Shown here: piece by piece, positions 27,262 through 36,240 of the stretch
Numbering within the stretch: the first letter of the stretch is position 1
How the letters are laid out: every line of letters begins with the position of its first letter
Notes under the pieces: model-generated
What the model was told of the DNA's origin: nothing
The model's database searches: none
Seen by the model: the letters and a program-made list of their open reading frames with translations, nothing else
Made by a program: the position numbers and the translations under genes
Sequence record: KY555144.1
Reading direction: 5' to 3' (one strand)
DNA: 64,000 nt

Positions 27262-27641
27262 AGCCGCTCGACGAACGCATCCGCGACGCGATCGACACCC
27301 CGCGCCCGGCCTGGATCGAGCGCGTCGGGAGCCGCTATCAGGTGATCACCAAGGGCGTGCCGTTCCCGAACACGCGCAATCCGGTCGGCAAGACCTGGGC
27401 GCTGCGCTCCGGCGCCCTGACCTACGTTCGCCAGCAATACCTCACCCTGCTGGAGGGCGACTGCCCGCTGCCCGCCCCGACCCAGGAAGAGCGCGACGCC
27501 TATCAGAACGAAGGGCGCGAGCGCCGCGCCGCCGTCGAGCAACTGTCGATGGAACTGGACCGGCCCTATGCCGAGGTCTGGCGCGCGGTCCGCAACCTGG
27601 AGGCCAAGGGCCTGATCCGTTTCGAGGAGGCTCGCCCATGA
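27258..27641 (+). CDS. hypothetical protein with C-terminal HTH
   Basis: LSMELDRPYAEVWRAVRNLEAKGLI. Confidence 0.75.
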   Translation: MKPLDERIRDAIDTPRPAWIERVGSRYQVITKGVPFPNTRNPVGKTWALRSGALTYVRQQYLTLLEGDCPLPAPTQEERDAYQNEGRERRAAVEQLSMELDRPYAEVWRAVRNLEAKGLIRFEEARP

Positions 27642-27859
27642 CGTCGCAGACCCAGAGAACCCTCATCCTGTCCGGCGTGGGCTTCTTCATCGGCTTCATG
27701 CTGGTGTTTGGCTTCATGAGCGTCTCGCAGGCCTCCTACAACCAAGGCTATCGAGACGCCAAGACCGACACGCGTCGGGACGAGCCGGCGTGCTTTACCT
27801 CCCAGCGCTGCTACCTGGGCCAGGACGCCAACGGGCGGTGGTTCATCGAGCCGAAATAG
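27638..27859 (+). CDS. single-TM membrane protein
   Basis: GAGGAGG RBS; LILSGVGFFIGFMLVFGFM. Confidence 0.75.
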   Translation: MTSQTQRTLILSGVGFFIGFMLVFGFMSVSQASYNQGYRDAKTDTRRDEPACFTSQRCYLGQDANGRWFIEPK

Positions 27860-27870
27860 TTGGCGTTTAA

Positions 27871-27923
27871 GTGTTGCCAAAGCCGAGGCACTCGGCTAGA
27901 ACACGCCCGACGACAACGAGGAG
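27871..27923 (+). promoter_or_regulatory. sigma70-type promoter with leader (TTGCCA variant)
   Basis: GTGTTGCCAA..GGCTAGAAC..CCGACGACAACGAGGAGG. Confidence 0.75.
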
Positions 27924-27928
27924 GCCCC

Positions 27929-28135
27929 ATGCCACACTTGAGCCAGCAGCCCTTCACCTTCGACTTCACCAGCGACGCCCTGCGCGCGGCGCTCGAAATC
28001 GAAAAGGGCGCCACCGAATCCTACCGCTACGAGACGATCTTCGTCTTCAACACCGAGCGCGAGATCATCGGGACCCAGGTCCGCGTCATGGACGAGGAGG
28101 GCTTTTTCGAGGCCTACGTGGCGGGGGAAGCCTGA
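27929..28135 (+). CDS. hypothetical protein
   Basis: start trimmed to the ATG after GAGGAGG. Confidence 0.75.
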   Translation: MPHLSQQPFTFDFTSDALRAALEIEKGATESYRYETIFVFNTEREIIGTQVRVMDEEGFFEAYVAGEA

Positions 28136-28503
28136 TGCAGCATCTTGACCCCCGCATCGGCTACCTGAACTCGGGCGTCTACTACGCCTTCGTCGACGGC
28201 TACGACAAGCCCGAGACGCGCGGCACGCTCGAAGAGGTCGAGATCGCCCTGGGCCTGCGCAAGGCTCCGCCGGCTCCGACCAAGCGCATCGTCGCCGCCC
28301 AGCCGGCCGTCAAGACCTACTCGGTCCACATGCGGTTCGAATATCCGGGCTGGAGCTACGTCGACGGCATCACCTACGACGGTATGCTCGGCCGCACGAA
28401 GGCCGAAGCGATCCGCAACGCCCGCGCCGAGGCCTTTGCCGACGGTCACCTCGGCGTCGGCCAGGGTCGTGTGTGGTTCAAGGCCACGGAACAGGACGCC
28501 TAG
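28135..28503 (+). CDS. hypothetical protein
   Basis: TGATG overlap (MQHLDPRIG). Confidence 0.75.
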   Translation: MQHLDPRIGYLNSGVYYAFVDGYDKPETRGTLEEVEIALGLRKAPPAPTKRIVAAQPAVKTYSVHMRFEYPGWSYVDGITYDGMLGRTKAEAIRNARAEAFADGHLGVGQGRVWFKATEQDA

Positions 28504-28737
28504 ATGAGCCGCATCCGTGTCATCGATCGCGACGGGTTCATGCAGGGCTGGGTCGACGCCCGCGTCGGCCTGCCGACCTATTCCGGCCCCGTCACCCGCT
28601 GGACCAAGAAGGGTTCGTTCTGGACCACCGGAGCCGATGGCGAAGAACGCCTGTGGAAGGCCGGCAACCACCAGCCCTGCGTCTACAGGAGCAAGCTCCG
28701 CAAGAGCGATATCATCCACGAGCGACGGGAGGGCTGA
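28504..28737 (+). CDS. hypothetical protein
   Basis: abuts the upstream stop. Confidence 0.7.
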   Translation: MSRIRVIDRDGFMQGWVDARVGLPTYSGPVTRWTKKGSFWTTGADGEERLWKAGNHQPCVYRSKLRKSDIIHERREG

Positions 28738-28738
28738 C

Positions 28739-29056
28739 ATGGGCCTGCTGAGCATCTATCTGACGGGCGCGGCGCTCACCGGCGTGGCGACGGGCGTCTA
28801 CCTTTTCAAGTTCCGGGCGCCCGCGACGCATGAGACCTACACCACCACCTGGGGCTATGTCGAAACCGACGACGTCAACGAGACAGGCAAGCACCTGGGG
28901 GCGATCCTCCTGATGGCGCTCTTCTGGTTCGTCATGGTCCCGATGGGGATCGTCATGGGCCTCTGGCATCTCCTGGTCCGCGCCGTCGACAAGGCTTGGC
29001 GACGGCGCACGACGCGCCGCGAGAAGACGCACGTCGGCACCCATCGCTATCTGTGA
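28739..29056 (+). CDS. two-TM membrane protein
   Basis: GGAGG RBS; two hydrophobic helices, basic tail. Confidence 0.75.
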   Translation: MGLLSIYLTGAALTGVATGVYLFKFRAPATHETYTTTWGYVETDDVNETGKHLGAILLMALFWFVMVPMGIVMGLWHLLVRAVDKAWRRRTTRREKTHVGTHRYL

Positions 29057-29082
29057 TCGTCGCCAGCCCGGCTGGCTTCAGT

Positions 29083-29115
29083 GTGTTGACGGCGCGTCGA
29101 TCGCCCGCTAAGAAG
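29083..29115 (+). promoter_or_regulatory. sigma70-type promoter without leader
   Basis: GTGTTGACG-N15-GCTAAGAA. Confidence 0.7.
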
Positions 29116-29172
29116 GGCTGACGGTCACGCTCTGGCTGCATGAATTTTCAATCCGAAAGGGGCCTTAAGTCC

Positions 29173-31203
29173 ATGGATTTCCACGTCTTTAAGACGGCCG
29201 TCGCCAAGCAGTGGGCCGCGATGACCAAGGATGACGCGACCCTGTTCCGCGTCGACGTCGACAAGGACCTCCTGTGGTCGACCTATCTGGGGGCGTTCCC
29301 GGCCGGAACCGACCCGATCTTCCGCGAGCGCTCCGAGCACGACTGCTCGTGCTGCCGCAACTTCATCCGCAACGCCGGCGACGCCGTGGCGGTGGTGAAC
29401 GGTCAGATCGTGACGATCTGGGATGGCAAGATCGAGGGCGAGCCGGCCTACCAGCAGGTCGCCGCCACCCTGGCGGCCCTGGTCCGCTCGCGCCCGGTGC
29501 GCGACATCTTCCTGCACGACCAGAAGACCATCGGGACCGACAAGAACGTCGAGACCATGCTGGGCGGCGACGTCACCTGGAACCACTTCTTCGTCAATGT
29601 CCCCTCGCGCTTCGTCAAGAAGGGCAAGGACATCCCGACCGCGCTCCACATCCCGCGCACCGCGCAGGAGACGCTCCTGCGCGCCGTGACCGAGATCACC
29701 GACGAGGCGATCGACACGGTGCTGGACCTGATCGCCCAGAACGCGCTCTATCGCGGGGCCGAACACAAGTCGGCGGTGGTGGCGTTCCAGAAGGCCAAGA
29801 AGACCTTCGAGGGCCTGTCGGCCGCCGACAAGGCGCTGAAGGCCTGGGTCAACGTCACCAATGGGGAAATCTGGGGCTCGGTCTCGGGCATCCGGAGCAC
29901 GGTGATCGGCTCGCTGCTGGTCGACCTGTCGGCTGACGTCGACCTGGAGGACGCGGTCAAGAAGTTCGAGGCCAAGGTCGCGCCGCACAACTACAAGCGC
30001 ACGACCGCCCTGGTGACCAAGAAGCAGATCGAAAACGCCAAGAAGACGATCTCCGACCTCGGCCTGACCTCGGCCCTGGAACGGCGCTACGCCGTCCTCA
30101 AGGACGTGTCGATCAACGACGTGCTGTTCGCCGACCGCGACGCCAAGTCGGTGATGAACGACGTCTTCGACGATCTGGCCGCCGACGTCGCCGAGAAGAC
30201 CAAGTCCTACGACAAGATCGAGGAGGTCTCGATCGACAAGTTCCTGTCCGACATTCTCCCGAGGGTGTCGAGCGTCGAGGCCCTGGTCGAGAACCGCCTG
30301 ACGAGCAATTTCGTCAGCCTGATCGCGCCGGTCGATCCGACCGCCGGCTCCCTCTTCAAGTGGGGGAACAACTTCTCCTGGTCCTATGCCGGGGAGGTGG
30401 CAGACTCGATCAAGGCCCGCGTCAAGGCGGCCGGCGGCAACGTCACCGGCGATCTCTGCTGCCGTCTGGCGTGGTTCAACTATGACGACCTCGACTTCCA
30501 CATGAAGGAACCGGGCGGCAACCTGATCTACTTCCGCCAGAAGTCCTCGCCCTACACGGGCGGGCGCCTCGACGTCGACATGAACGCCGGTGGGGGCCAT
30601 ACCCGCGAGCCGGTCGAGAACATCTTCTACGGCGACCGCCGGACGATGAAGGAAGGCGTCTACGAACTGATGGTCCATCAGTACAGCAAGCGCGAGTCCA
30701 GCAACGTCGGCTTCGAGGTGGAGATCGACTACCTGGGCTCGGTCACCCGCTACGCCTACACCACGGCCCTGCGCCAGGAGCAGGTCGTCAAGGTGGCGCA
30801 GTTCAAGTACAGCCACGCGCGCGGCATCGAGTTCATCTCCTCGCTCCCGGCCTCGTCGGCGAGCAAGGACGTCTGGGGCGTGAAGACCGAGACCTTCCGC
30901 AGGGTCAACGTCATCATGCTCTCGCCCAACCACTGGGAAGGCGAGCCGGGCGTGGGGAACAAGCACTGGTTCTTCATGCTGGACGGAGGCGTCAACGAGG
31001 ACGGCGCCCGTGGCTTCTACAACGAGTTCCTGAAGGATAGCCTCACGCCCCACCGTCGCGTCTTCGAGATGCTGGGGTCCAAGCTGAAGCCCGCGCCGGC
31101 GACTGAACAACTCTCCGGCCTGGGCTTCTCCTCGACCAAGCGCGACGAACTCGTCGTGCGCGTCAAGGGGGCCTTCACGCGTACCCTCAAGATCAAATTC
31201 TAA
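29173..31203 (+). CDS. large conserved phage protein with HDCSCC motif and DUF2135/YfaP-like segment
   Basis: start trimmed to ATG 29173 after AAAGGGG; LAWFNYDDLDFHMKEPGG..LDVDMN..PVENI. Confidence 0.85.
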   Translation: MDFHVFKTAVAKQWAAMTKDDATLFRVDVDKDLLWSTYLGAFPAGTDPIFRERSEHDCSCCRNFIRNAGDAVAVVNGQIVTIWDGKIEGEPAYQQVAATLAALVRSRPVRDIFLHDQKTIGTDKNVETMLGGDVTWNHFFVNVPSRFVKKGKDIPTALHIPRTAQETLLRAVTEITDEAIDTVLDLIAQNALYRGAEHKSAVVAFQKAKKTFEGLSAADKALKAWVNVTNGEIWGSVSGIRSTVIGSLLVDLSADVDLEDAVKKFEAKVAPHNYKRTTALVTKKQIENAKKTISDLGLTSALERRYAVLKDVSINDVLFADRDAKSVMNDVFDDLAADVAEKTKSYDKIEEVSIDKFLSDILPRVSSVEALVENRLTSNFVSLIAPVDPTAGSLFKWGNNFSWSYAGEVADSIKARVKAAGGNVTGDLCCRLAWFNYDDLDFHMKEPGGNLIYFRQKSSPYTGGRLDVDMNAGGGHTREPVENIFYGDRRTMKEGVYELMVHQYSKRESSNVGFEVEIDYLGSVTRYAYTTALRQEQVVKVAQFKYSHARGIEFISSLPASSASKDVWGVKTETFRRVNVIMLSPNHWEGEPGVGNKHWFFMLDGGVNEDGARGFYNEFLKDSLTPHRRVFEMLGSKLKPAPATEQLSGLGFSSTKRDELVVRVKGAFTRTLKIKF

Positions 31204-31222
31204 CGGAAGGACCTGAAAGACC

Positions 31223-31645
31223 ATGAGCACCGACCTCTTCGAGATCGCCGCGCGCGAGAAGTTCCGCTTCGAAAGCCCCAAGGGCCTCCTGGGCGTGGAA
31301 GAACTGTTCGACCTGCCGCTGACCAGCACCGTCGCCGGCAAGGCCAACCTGAACGATATCGCCGTCGACCTGTTCAAGCAGATCAAGGACCTCGACAACA
31401 TCTCGTTCGTCACGCCCAAGAAGGTCGACCCCTCGATCGGCCAACGCCTGGACATCGTCAAGCGGGTGATCGAGATCAAGCAGGCCGAGAACGCGGCCAA
31501 GCTGAAGACCGCCCAGGACAAGGAGACCCTGCGCATCCTGGACGAGGCGATCGCCGCCAAGAAGTCCGAGAAGATCGCCGGCACCTCGCTGGAAGACCTC
31601 GAAGCCCAGCGCGCGGCCTTGCTCTCGGGCGGCGCCTCCGCCTAA
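31223..31645 (+). CDS. conserved hypothetical coiled-coil protein
   Basis: FEIAAREKFRF..GLLGVEELFDLPL; directly follows the large gene. Confidence 0.85.
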   Translation: MSTDLFEIAAREKFRFESPKGLLGVEELFDLPLTSTVAGKANLNDIAVDLFKQIKDLDNISFVTPKKVDPSIGQRLDIVKRVIEIKQAENAAKLKTAQDKETLRILDEAIAAKKSEKIAGTSLEDLEAQRAALLSGGASA

Positions 31646-31670
31646 GCCTTCGGGCGGGCTGACATAGGCG

Positions 31671-31724
31671 CTTGACAACACTCTCGCGCCAACATAGAAG
31701 GGCCTCCGACGACAACGCCGGAGG
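31671..31724 (+). promoter_or_regulatory. sigma70-type promoter cassette (43/46 identical to 17612 and 34272)
   Basis: TTGACAACACTCTCGCGCCAACATAGAAGGGCCTCCGACGACAACG. Confidence 0.85.
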
Positions 31725-31732
31725 CCCTTTTC

Positions 31733-32041
31733 ATGACCGAGATTAGCTGCACCACGCCGGTTCCGAATAATCCGCGCTACGTGATTGTTACCGTCGATGG
31801 TCGGAAATATCGTTTCTCAGCGGCTGAGCGACGCCGACGCGGCGATGTCGTGATCAACTATGTGCTCGGAAGTCGAAAGGGCAAATGGGGCCAGTCGACC
31901 GATTGGGTCTCCCTGCCCCAAGGCCCCAAGCGCCGGACGGTGGTCTCCTCGGCCGCCGAGTTTCTCGCTTCGTCCCCAGACATTCCGGCTGAAGAACAGT
32001 CGGTCTGGGCCGGAGTCGCCTTTGCGAACCTCGCCCAATGA
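31733..32041 (+). CDS. hypothetical protein
   Basis: GGAGG RBS; more AT-rich codons than its neighbours. Confidence 0.7.
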   Translation: MTEISCTTPVPNNPRYVIVTVDGRKYRFSAAERRRRGDVVINYVLGSRKGKWGQSTDWVSLPQGPKRRTVVSSAAEFLASSPDIPAEEQSVWAGVAFANLAQ

Positions 32042-32490
32042 CCTATCCCATCCAGATCGATCCCGCGATCCTCGCCCTGGGCGCCGCCTGGAAGGCGGCT
32101 GACATCCTGGAGCGCGACCTGCGCGCCAAATGGACCTACGACAGCCACGACCGCGTCACCTACGAGGCCTGGAAGCTCGCCGACGACGCGCGCAACGCCG
32201 CCTTCAAGGCGATGACCTACGCTATGCCCGATCCGGGCAAGCCGGTGTTCATCAGCCCAAGCGACTGGCTGGCCCAGCAGGACAACTGGCGCACCTACTA
32301 TGCGCCGGTGAAGGCCTGGAACTCGGCGCCGCACTGGAACAACTGGTACCCGTGCCTGGGCCACTATGAGTTCAACGCCCACACCGGCGAGCACTTCTAC
32401 CGTGGGGCCGAGATGTACGACCGCTGCATCGAGGAGGCCGTCCGGCGCAATGCCGAGTACGCGGCATACTACGCCAAGAAGGCCGCCTGA
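32038..32490 (+). CDS. hypothetical Trp/Tyr-rich protein
   Basis: ATGA overlap. Confidence 0.75.
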   Translation: MTYPIQIDPAILALGAAWKAADILERDLRAKWTYDSHDRVTYEAWKLADDARNAAFKAMTYAMPDPGKPVFISPSDWLAQQDNWRTYYAPVKAWNSAPHWNNWYPCLGHYEFNAHTGEHFYRGAEMYDRCIEEAVRRNAEYAAYYAKKAA

Positions 32491-32491
32491 C

Positions 32492-32740
32492 ATGACCAAG
32501 TCCGTCCAGGTCCAGCGCGGCAAGACCACCTACCACGTCACCTTCGACGAGGCTGGGCAGGTCTCGTCGATCATCGGCGTCGCGGTGGTCGGCAAGGTCC
32601 CGCGCTACAAGGGCGGCACGCGCCGCGTCACCTATTCCGGCAGCGGCAACGGCTGGCACGCCAGCGCCGGCCGCCCCATCCCCATGCAGCTTCGCCCGAT
32701 CGCGGACGAGGCGTTCCAGATCAAGGAGGCCCAGTCTTGA
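32492..32740 (+). CDS. hypothetical protein
   Basis: ATG 32492 (MTKSVQVQ). Confidence 0.7.
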   Translation: MTKSVQVQRGKTTYHVTFDEAGQVSSIIGVAVVGKVPRYKGGTRRVTYSGSGNGWHASAGRPIPMQLRPIADEAFQIKEAQS

Positions 32741-33540
32741 GCGACTTCCAGCTTTCCGCCCAGCACCAGCGGATCGTCAACAACACGATCGACGCGCTGG
32801 ACTATCTCTTTCGGCGCAATGGCGAGCCGTCCTCGGGCGGTGAGATGCCGTTCAACCGCCTCGATCTCGGGAGCATCGCCGACAACATCTCGGCCGTCCT
32901 GGCGGTGCTCCCCAGCCACGCCGACATCCTGACGAAGTACCTCTTCATCGCCCAGGGGCTGCTTCGCGAGATCGCCAACTATCACGCGGCCAAGCCCGAC
33001 GAACTGCGCCGGATGGCGCAGGCCCTGCGCCCCTACTACAAAACCCGCGCCGCCGGCGGCCTGTCGCCGGCCGCCCAGCAGACCCTTGACTTCATGGTCG
33101 AGGGCCTTCGCTTCCTGGCTGAAAACGACTGCGAGCCCCCGTCGGGCGGCGAGCAGATGTACAACCGTATCTCGCTCCTGAGCCGCACCGGCTCGGACGC
33201 CAAGCGCCTGCGCCAGGAGGCGCCCAACCTCGCCGTGGTGATCACCCAGGTCGAGGCCCTGTTCATCGACCTCTGGCATTATCGCGCCATCGCCATGAAG
33301 GACGTCAAGGACGCCTTGGAGGCCCTGGAGCCCTACTATGTTCCGCCCGCCTGGACGGTCACGCCGGCCCCCGCGCCGGCGAAAGCCGCCGCTCGCATCG
33401 TCTCGAAGGCCGAGGCCCTGGAACTCCTCGACCACATTGCCACGACGGCCTCCGTCCTGCGGATGCAGATGGGTCCGGCCAACGCCGACATCACGCTGGA
33501 GCGGATCAAGACGCTCGAAGCCTTCGTCAATCAGCAATAG
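32737..33540 (+). CDS. hypothetical protein with internal domain duplication
   Basis: EPSSGGEMPFNR...ALRPYY repeated as EPPSGGEQMYNR...ALEPYY. Confidence 0.8.
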   Translation: MSDFQLSAQHQRIVNNTIDALDYLFRRNGEPSSGGEMPFNRLDLGSIADNISAVLAVLPSHADILTKYLFIAQGLLREIANYHAAKPDELRRMAQALRPYYKTRAAGGLSPAAQQTLDFMVEGLRFLAENDCEPPSGGEQMYNRISLLSRTGSDAKRLRQEAPNLAVVITQVEALFIDLWHYRAIAMKDVKDALEALEPYYVPPAWTVTPAPAPAKAAARIVSKAEALELLDHIATTASVLRMQMGPANADITLERIKTLEAFVNQQ

Positions 33541-33548
33541 GGGCCAGC

Positions 33549-33998
33549 ATGACCACTCCGCTCTGCCTGAACCCGGACGGCGCCGACTTCCAGGCCCAGG
33601 CCGTCCTCGCCCTGGTCCGCTTCGTCATTGGCGATGACTTCGAGCCATCCTGGAACGCCCAGAAGCAGGTCTTCGAGGGCGAGCCCCAGGTCGCCCGCTT
33701 CGATAGCCCCCGCTGCCACGGCTACGTGATCTGGCTGGTCGATCGTCGCGCCCTGGCGCTCGGCGGCGAGGCCCGGCAGATCAACATCACCCTCTATCAG
33801 CACGGGGTCAGCGACGAGATCGTCATCAACGCATGGCTGGGTGAGACCAACCGCTGGATGGTCCCGACCTATCATGACATGCCCGGCCTCGACCTGATGT
33901 TCAGGCACGTCACCTTCCGCTGCCTGGACGTCAAGTCGGCCGCCTACTACGTCGCCGACCTGATGAAGGAGTTCTGGGCCGAGGGCTCGCCGCGATGA
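33549..33998 (+). CDS. hypothetical protein
   Basis: operon packing. Confidence 0.75.
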   Translation: MTTPLCLNPDGADFQAQAVLALVRFVIGDDFEPSWNAQKQVFEGEPQVARFDSPRCHGYVIWLVDRRALALGGEARQINITLYQHGVSDEIVINAWLGETNRWMVPTYHDMPGLDLMFRHVTFRCLDVKSAAYYVADLMKEFWAEGSPR

Positions 33999-34297
33999 GC
34001 GACCACGACGCCTGCCTGACCAACTGGGTCCTCTGCGACGCGCCCGGCGGCGGGCTGGTGGTGATCGGCGAGATCATGGCCGACAAGCGCGGGCGCTGGC
34101 CGGACGGGCGGCTCATCCACACCTCGCTCCTCCAGGTCAAGGCCGAGGCGGTGGCGCCGGGCGCGGTGGTCGCCACGCTCAACTCCCGCTACATCCTGGG
34201 GCGCAAGGCCGAGGAGATCACCGTCCGTCACTTCGTCGGGGCGATGCTCGCCCGCGTCGCGATCAGACCGCTTGACAACACTCTCGCGCCAACATAG
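33995..34297 (+). CDS. conserved hypothetical phage protein
   Basis: RWPDGRLIHTS..TLNSRYILG motif. Confidence 0.75.
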   Translation: MSDHDACLTNWVLCDAPGGGLVVIGEIMADKRGRWPDGRLIHTSLLQVKAEAVAPGAVVATLNSRYILGRKAEEITVRHFVGAMLARVAIRPLDNTLAPT

Positions 34298-34317
34298 AAG
34301 GGTCCTCGACGACAACG
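34271..34317 (+). promoter_or_regulatory. sigma70-type promoter cassette (46 bp identical to 17612)
   Basis: TTGACAACACTCTCGCGCCAACATAGAAGGGTCCTCGACGACAACG. Confidence 0.85.
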
Positions 34318-34364
34318 GCTGTCCGAAATTTGTAGACGGATTTCGGACATAGAGGAGCACCCCG

Positions 34365-34748
34365 ATGGCCCAGCGCCTGAAGATCAAGGAAGTCGTGGTG
34401 GCGCAGCAGGACGCTGTCTACCACTGGCGTGGCGAGGAAGGCGACGAGTATCAGGTCATGAGCCTCGTCCACGTCCAGACCCTGGACGGCCGCTGGTTCC
34501 TGATGCCGGCCATGCGCCCCTACACCCGCGCCGAGGAGGCCGCGTTCGACGAGGCCTGCGGCGAAATCCTGTTCGGGATGAAGACCCGCTACTCGGACCC
34601 GCAGGCCTTCGCCGCCATCGTTCGCGCCGCCGGCTCGATCGATCCTGATCTGTGGGTCGAGTATCAGCCCGACACCCGCACCCTGGAAGAGAAGTTCCAC
34701 GACGACTGGGTCGAGGAACAGTTCGACCGCCAACGCTTCGCCGCCTGA
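34365..34748 (+). CDS. hypothetical protein
   Basis: AGAGGAG RBS. Confidence 0.8.
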   Translation: MAQRLKIKEVVVAQQDAVYHWRGEEGDEYQVMSLVHVQTLDGRWFLMPAMRPYTRAEEAAFDEACGEILFGMKTRYSDPQAFAAIVRAAGSIDPDLWVEYQPDTRTLEEKFHDDWVEEQFDRQRFAA

Positions 34749-34759
34749 GGAGGACCCCG

Positions 34760-35227
34760 ATGAGCTACCAACAAGCCATGATGGACGCCCAGGTGGAGTT
34801 CCACGCCCGCGAGATGGACGTCAGCGACCGCGCCTGGGAGCGCTTCGTCAAGAAGCTGGAGGACGTCCTGGGCTTCGACATCGACGCCGACAACTCCGAG
34901 GAGGCCAAGGCCTTCTACTGCGACATGGGCTACTCGCTCGACGAGACCTTCGAGATGTTCGACAAGGGCATGAGCGTCGAGCAGGCCCGCGTCGCCATCC
35001 TGCGCGGCGCCTATGAGGCCGCCGCCCGCGCCGCCGGCGTGGGCCTGGACGCCCTGGTCGAGGCCGAAGCGCGCGCCGTCGCCACCCGCAACGCCCTGCC
35101 CGAAAAGCGCAAGGTGGACCGCGAGCAGTACGCCCGCTACGCCGAACTGCTGGGCAAGATGATCGCCCGCATCCGCGAGGTCGGCGACGACTCGGGCGCG
35201 GCGCTTGAGAAGGCGTTCGGCCAATGA
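34760..35227 (+). CDS. hypothetical protein
   Basis: GAGGAGG RBS, ATG 34760. Confidence 0.8.
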   Translation: MSYQQAMMDAQVEFHAREMDVSDRAWERFVKKLEDVLGFDIDADNSEEAKAFYCDMGYSLDETFEMFDKGMSVEQARVAILRGAYEAAARAAGVGLDALVEAEARAVATRNALPEKRKVDREQYARYAELLGKMIARIREVGDDSGAALEKAFGQ

Positions 35228-35451
35228 GCGGCGGTCTCCACATGCGCCGGATCGATCACCCGCCGGGCCATGAGCTTCATGGCGTCACCGAGCGCGAGTT
35301 CGAGTGGTTCGGCAAGTCCTACCACGTGCGCAAGGAGTCCGGCGCCGTGCGGGTCTGGGTCCGCAAGAAGCGCGGAAGCCACTACCGCTTCCTGTCGCGC
35401 GACAGCGTGATCGCCGCCTGCGTCCGCCAAGCCTCGGGGCTGTTCCAATGA
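35224..35451 (+). CDS. hypothetical basic protein
   Basis: ATGA overlap. Confidence 0.65.
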   Translation: MSGGLHMRRIDHPPGHELHGVTEREFEWFGKSYHVRKESGAVRVWVRKKRGSHYRFLSRDSVIAACVRQASGLFQ

Positions 35452-35840
35452 GCCGCCCGTCGATCGCGGTTGTCGCCGCCACGCCGGCCCTGGCGCCCAT
35501 GCACTGGGAGATCGTCGACCTCAAGGTCTGCGACGACAGCCGGGTCAAGCTGAACGGCGACGGGACGATGTACGCCCGCGCCGCCGATCCGACGGCGACG
35601 GGCTGGATCGGGTTCAAGATCGTCCTGGGGTGCTTCGCCACCTTCGCCGACGCCTACGAGGCGCGCAACAAGGCCCGGTCCCTCTGGTTCAAGATGGGCG
35701 AGATGGTCGACGTCGCCGCCGACACCGTGGCCGCCGCCGAACGCGCCATGGCAGGCGCCCGCGCCGCCCACGCCCTGGCTGAAACCGCCCAGCGCGCCGC
35801 CACCCGCGAGCCGTTCCTCGGCACGCCCACCGACTACTAG
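35448..35840 (+). CDS. hypothetical protein
   Basis: ATGA overlap (MSRPSIAV). Confidence 0.7.
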   Translation: MSRPSIAVVAATPALAPMHWEIVDLKVCDDSRVKLNGDGTMYARAADPTATGWIGFKIVLGCFATFADAYEARNKARSLWFKMGEMVDVAADTVAAAERAMAGARAAHALAETAQRAATREPFLGTPTDY

Positions 35841-35848
35841 GAGGTCCC

Positions 35849-36226
35849 ATGCGTCAGCCCAAGAAGACCGAGCAGGCCTATATCGTGTCGGGGACGTGGC
35901 CGTTCCCGTCCGACATGCTACGCTATGACGACGCCCGCCCGGCGACCGAGGGCGACGCCAACCTGATCAAGGCCCTGGAGAGCGAGGACCCCTCGCTTTC
36001 GGACCTGCGCAACCGCGTCCAGATCAAGCTCATCCGCCCGGCCAACGGCCTGCCCGCCGTCAAGCGCTGGGAGTCCTTCCTCTGGAAGGTCGTGGGCGGC
36101 GACGAGGAGGTCGCGGCGGACGTGGCGTGGCGCGACGCCCTGGATAACCGCGACGCCCTGCGCAAGTCCGGCCTCGCCAAGCTGACCCCCGCCGAGCGCG
36201 CCGCGCTCAATCTCGACATCCGCTAG
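35849..36226 (+). CDS. conserved hypothetical phage protein
   Basis: GGAGG RBS; FPSDMLRYD motif. Confidence 0.8.
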   Translation: MRQPKKTEQAYIVSGTWPFPSDMLRYDDARPATEGDANLIKALESEDPSLSDLRNRVQIKLIRPANGLPAVKRWESFLWKVVGGDEEVAADVAWRDALDNRDALRKSGLAKLTPAERAALNLDIR

Positions 36227-36240
36227 GACAAGGAGGTCCC

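Noticed and set aside
29125-31584. 819-aa minus-strand ORF (likewise 5209..7077 +, 10246..11511 -, 14474..15634 -, 46383..47522 -, 57689..58876 -)
   Set aside because: Antisense shadows of genes with RBS, promoter and operon support on the other strand
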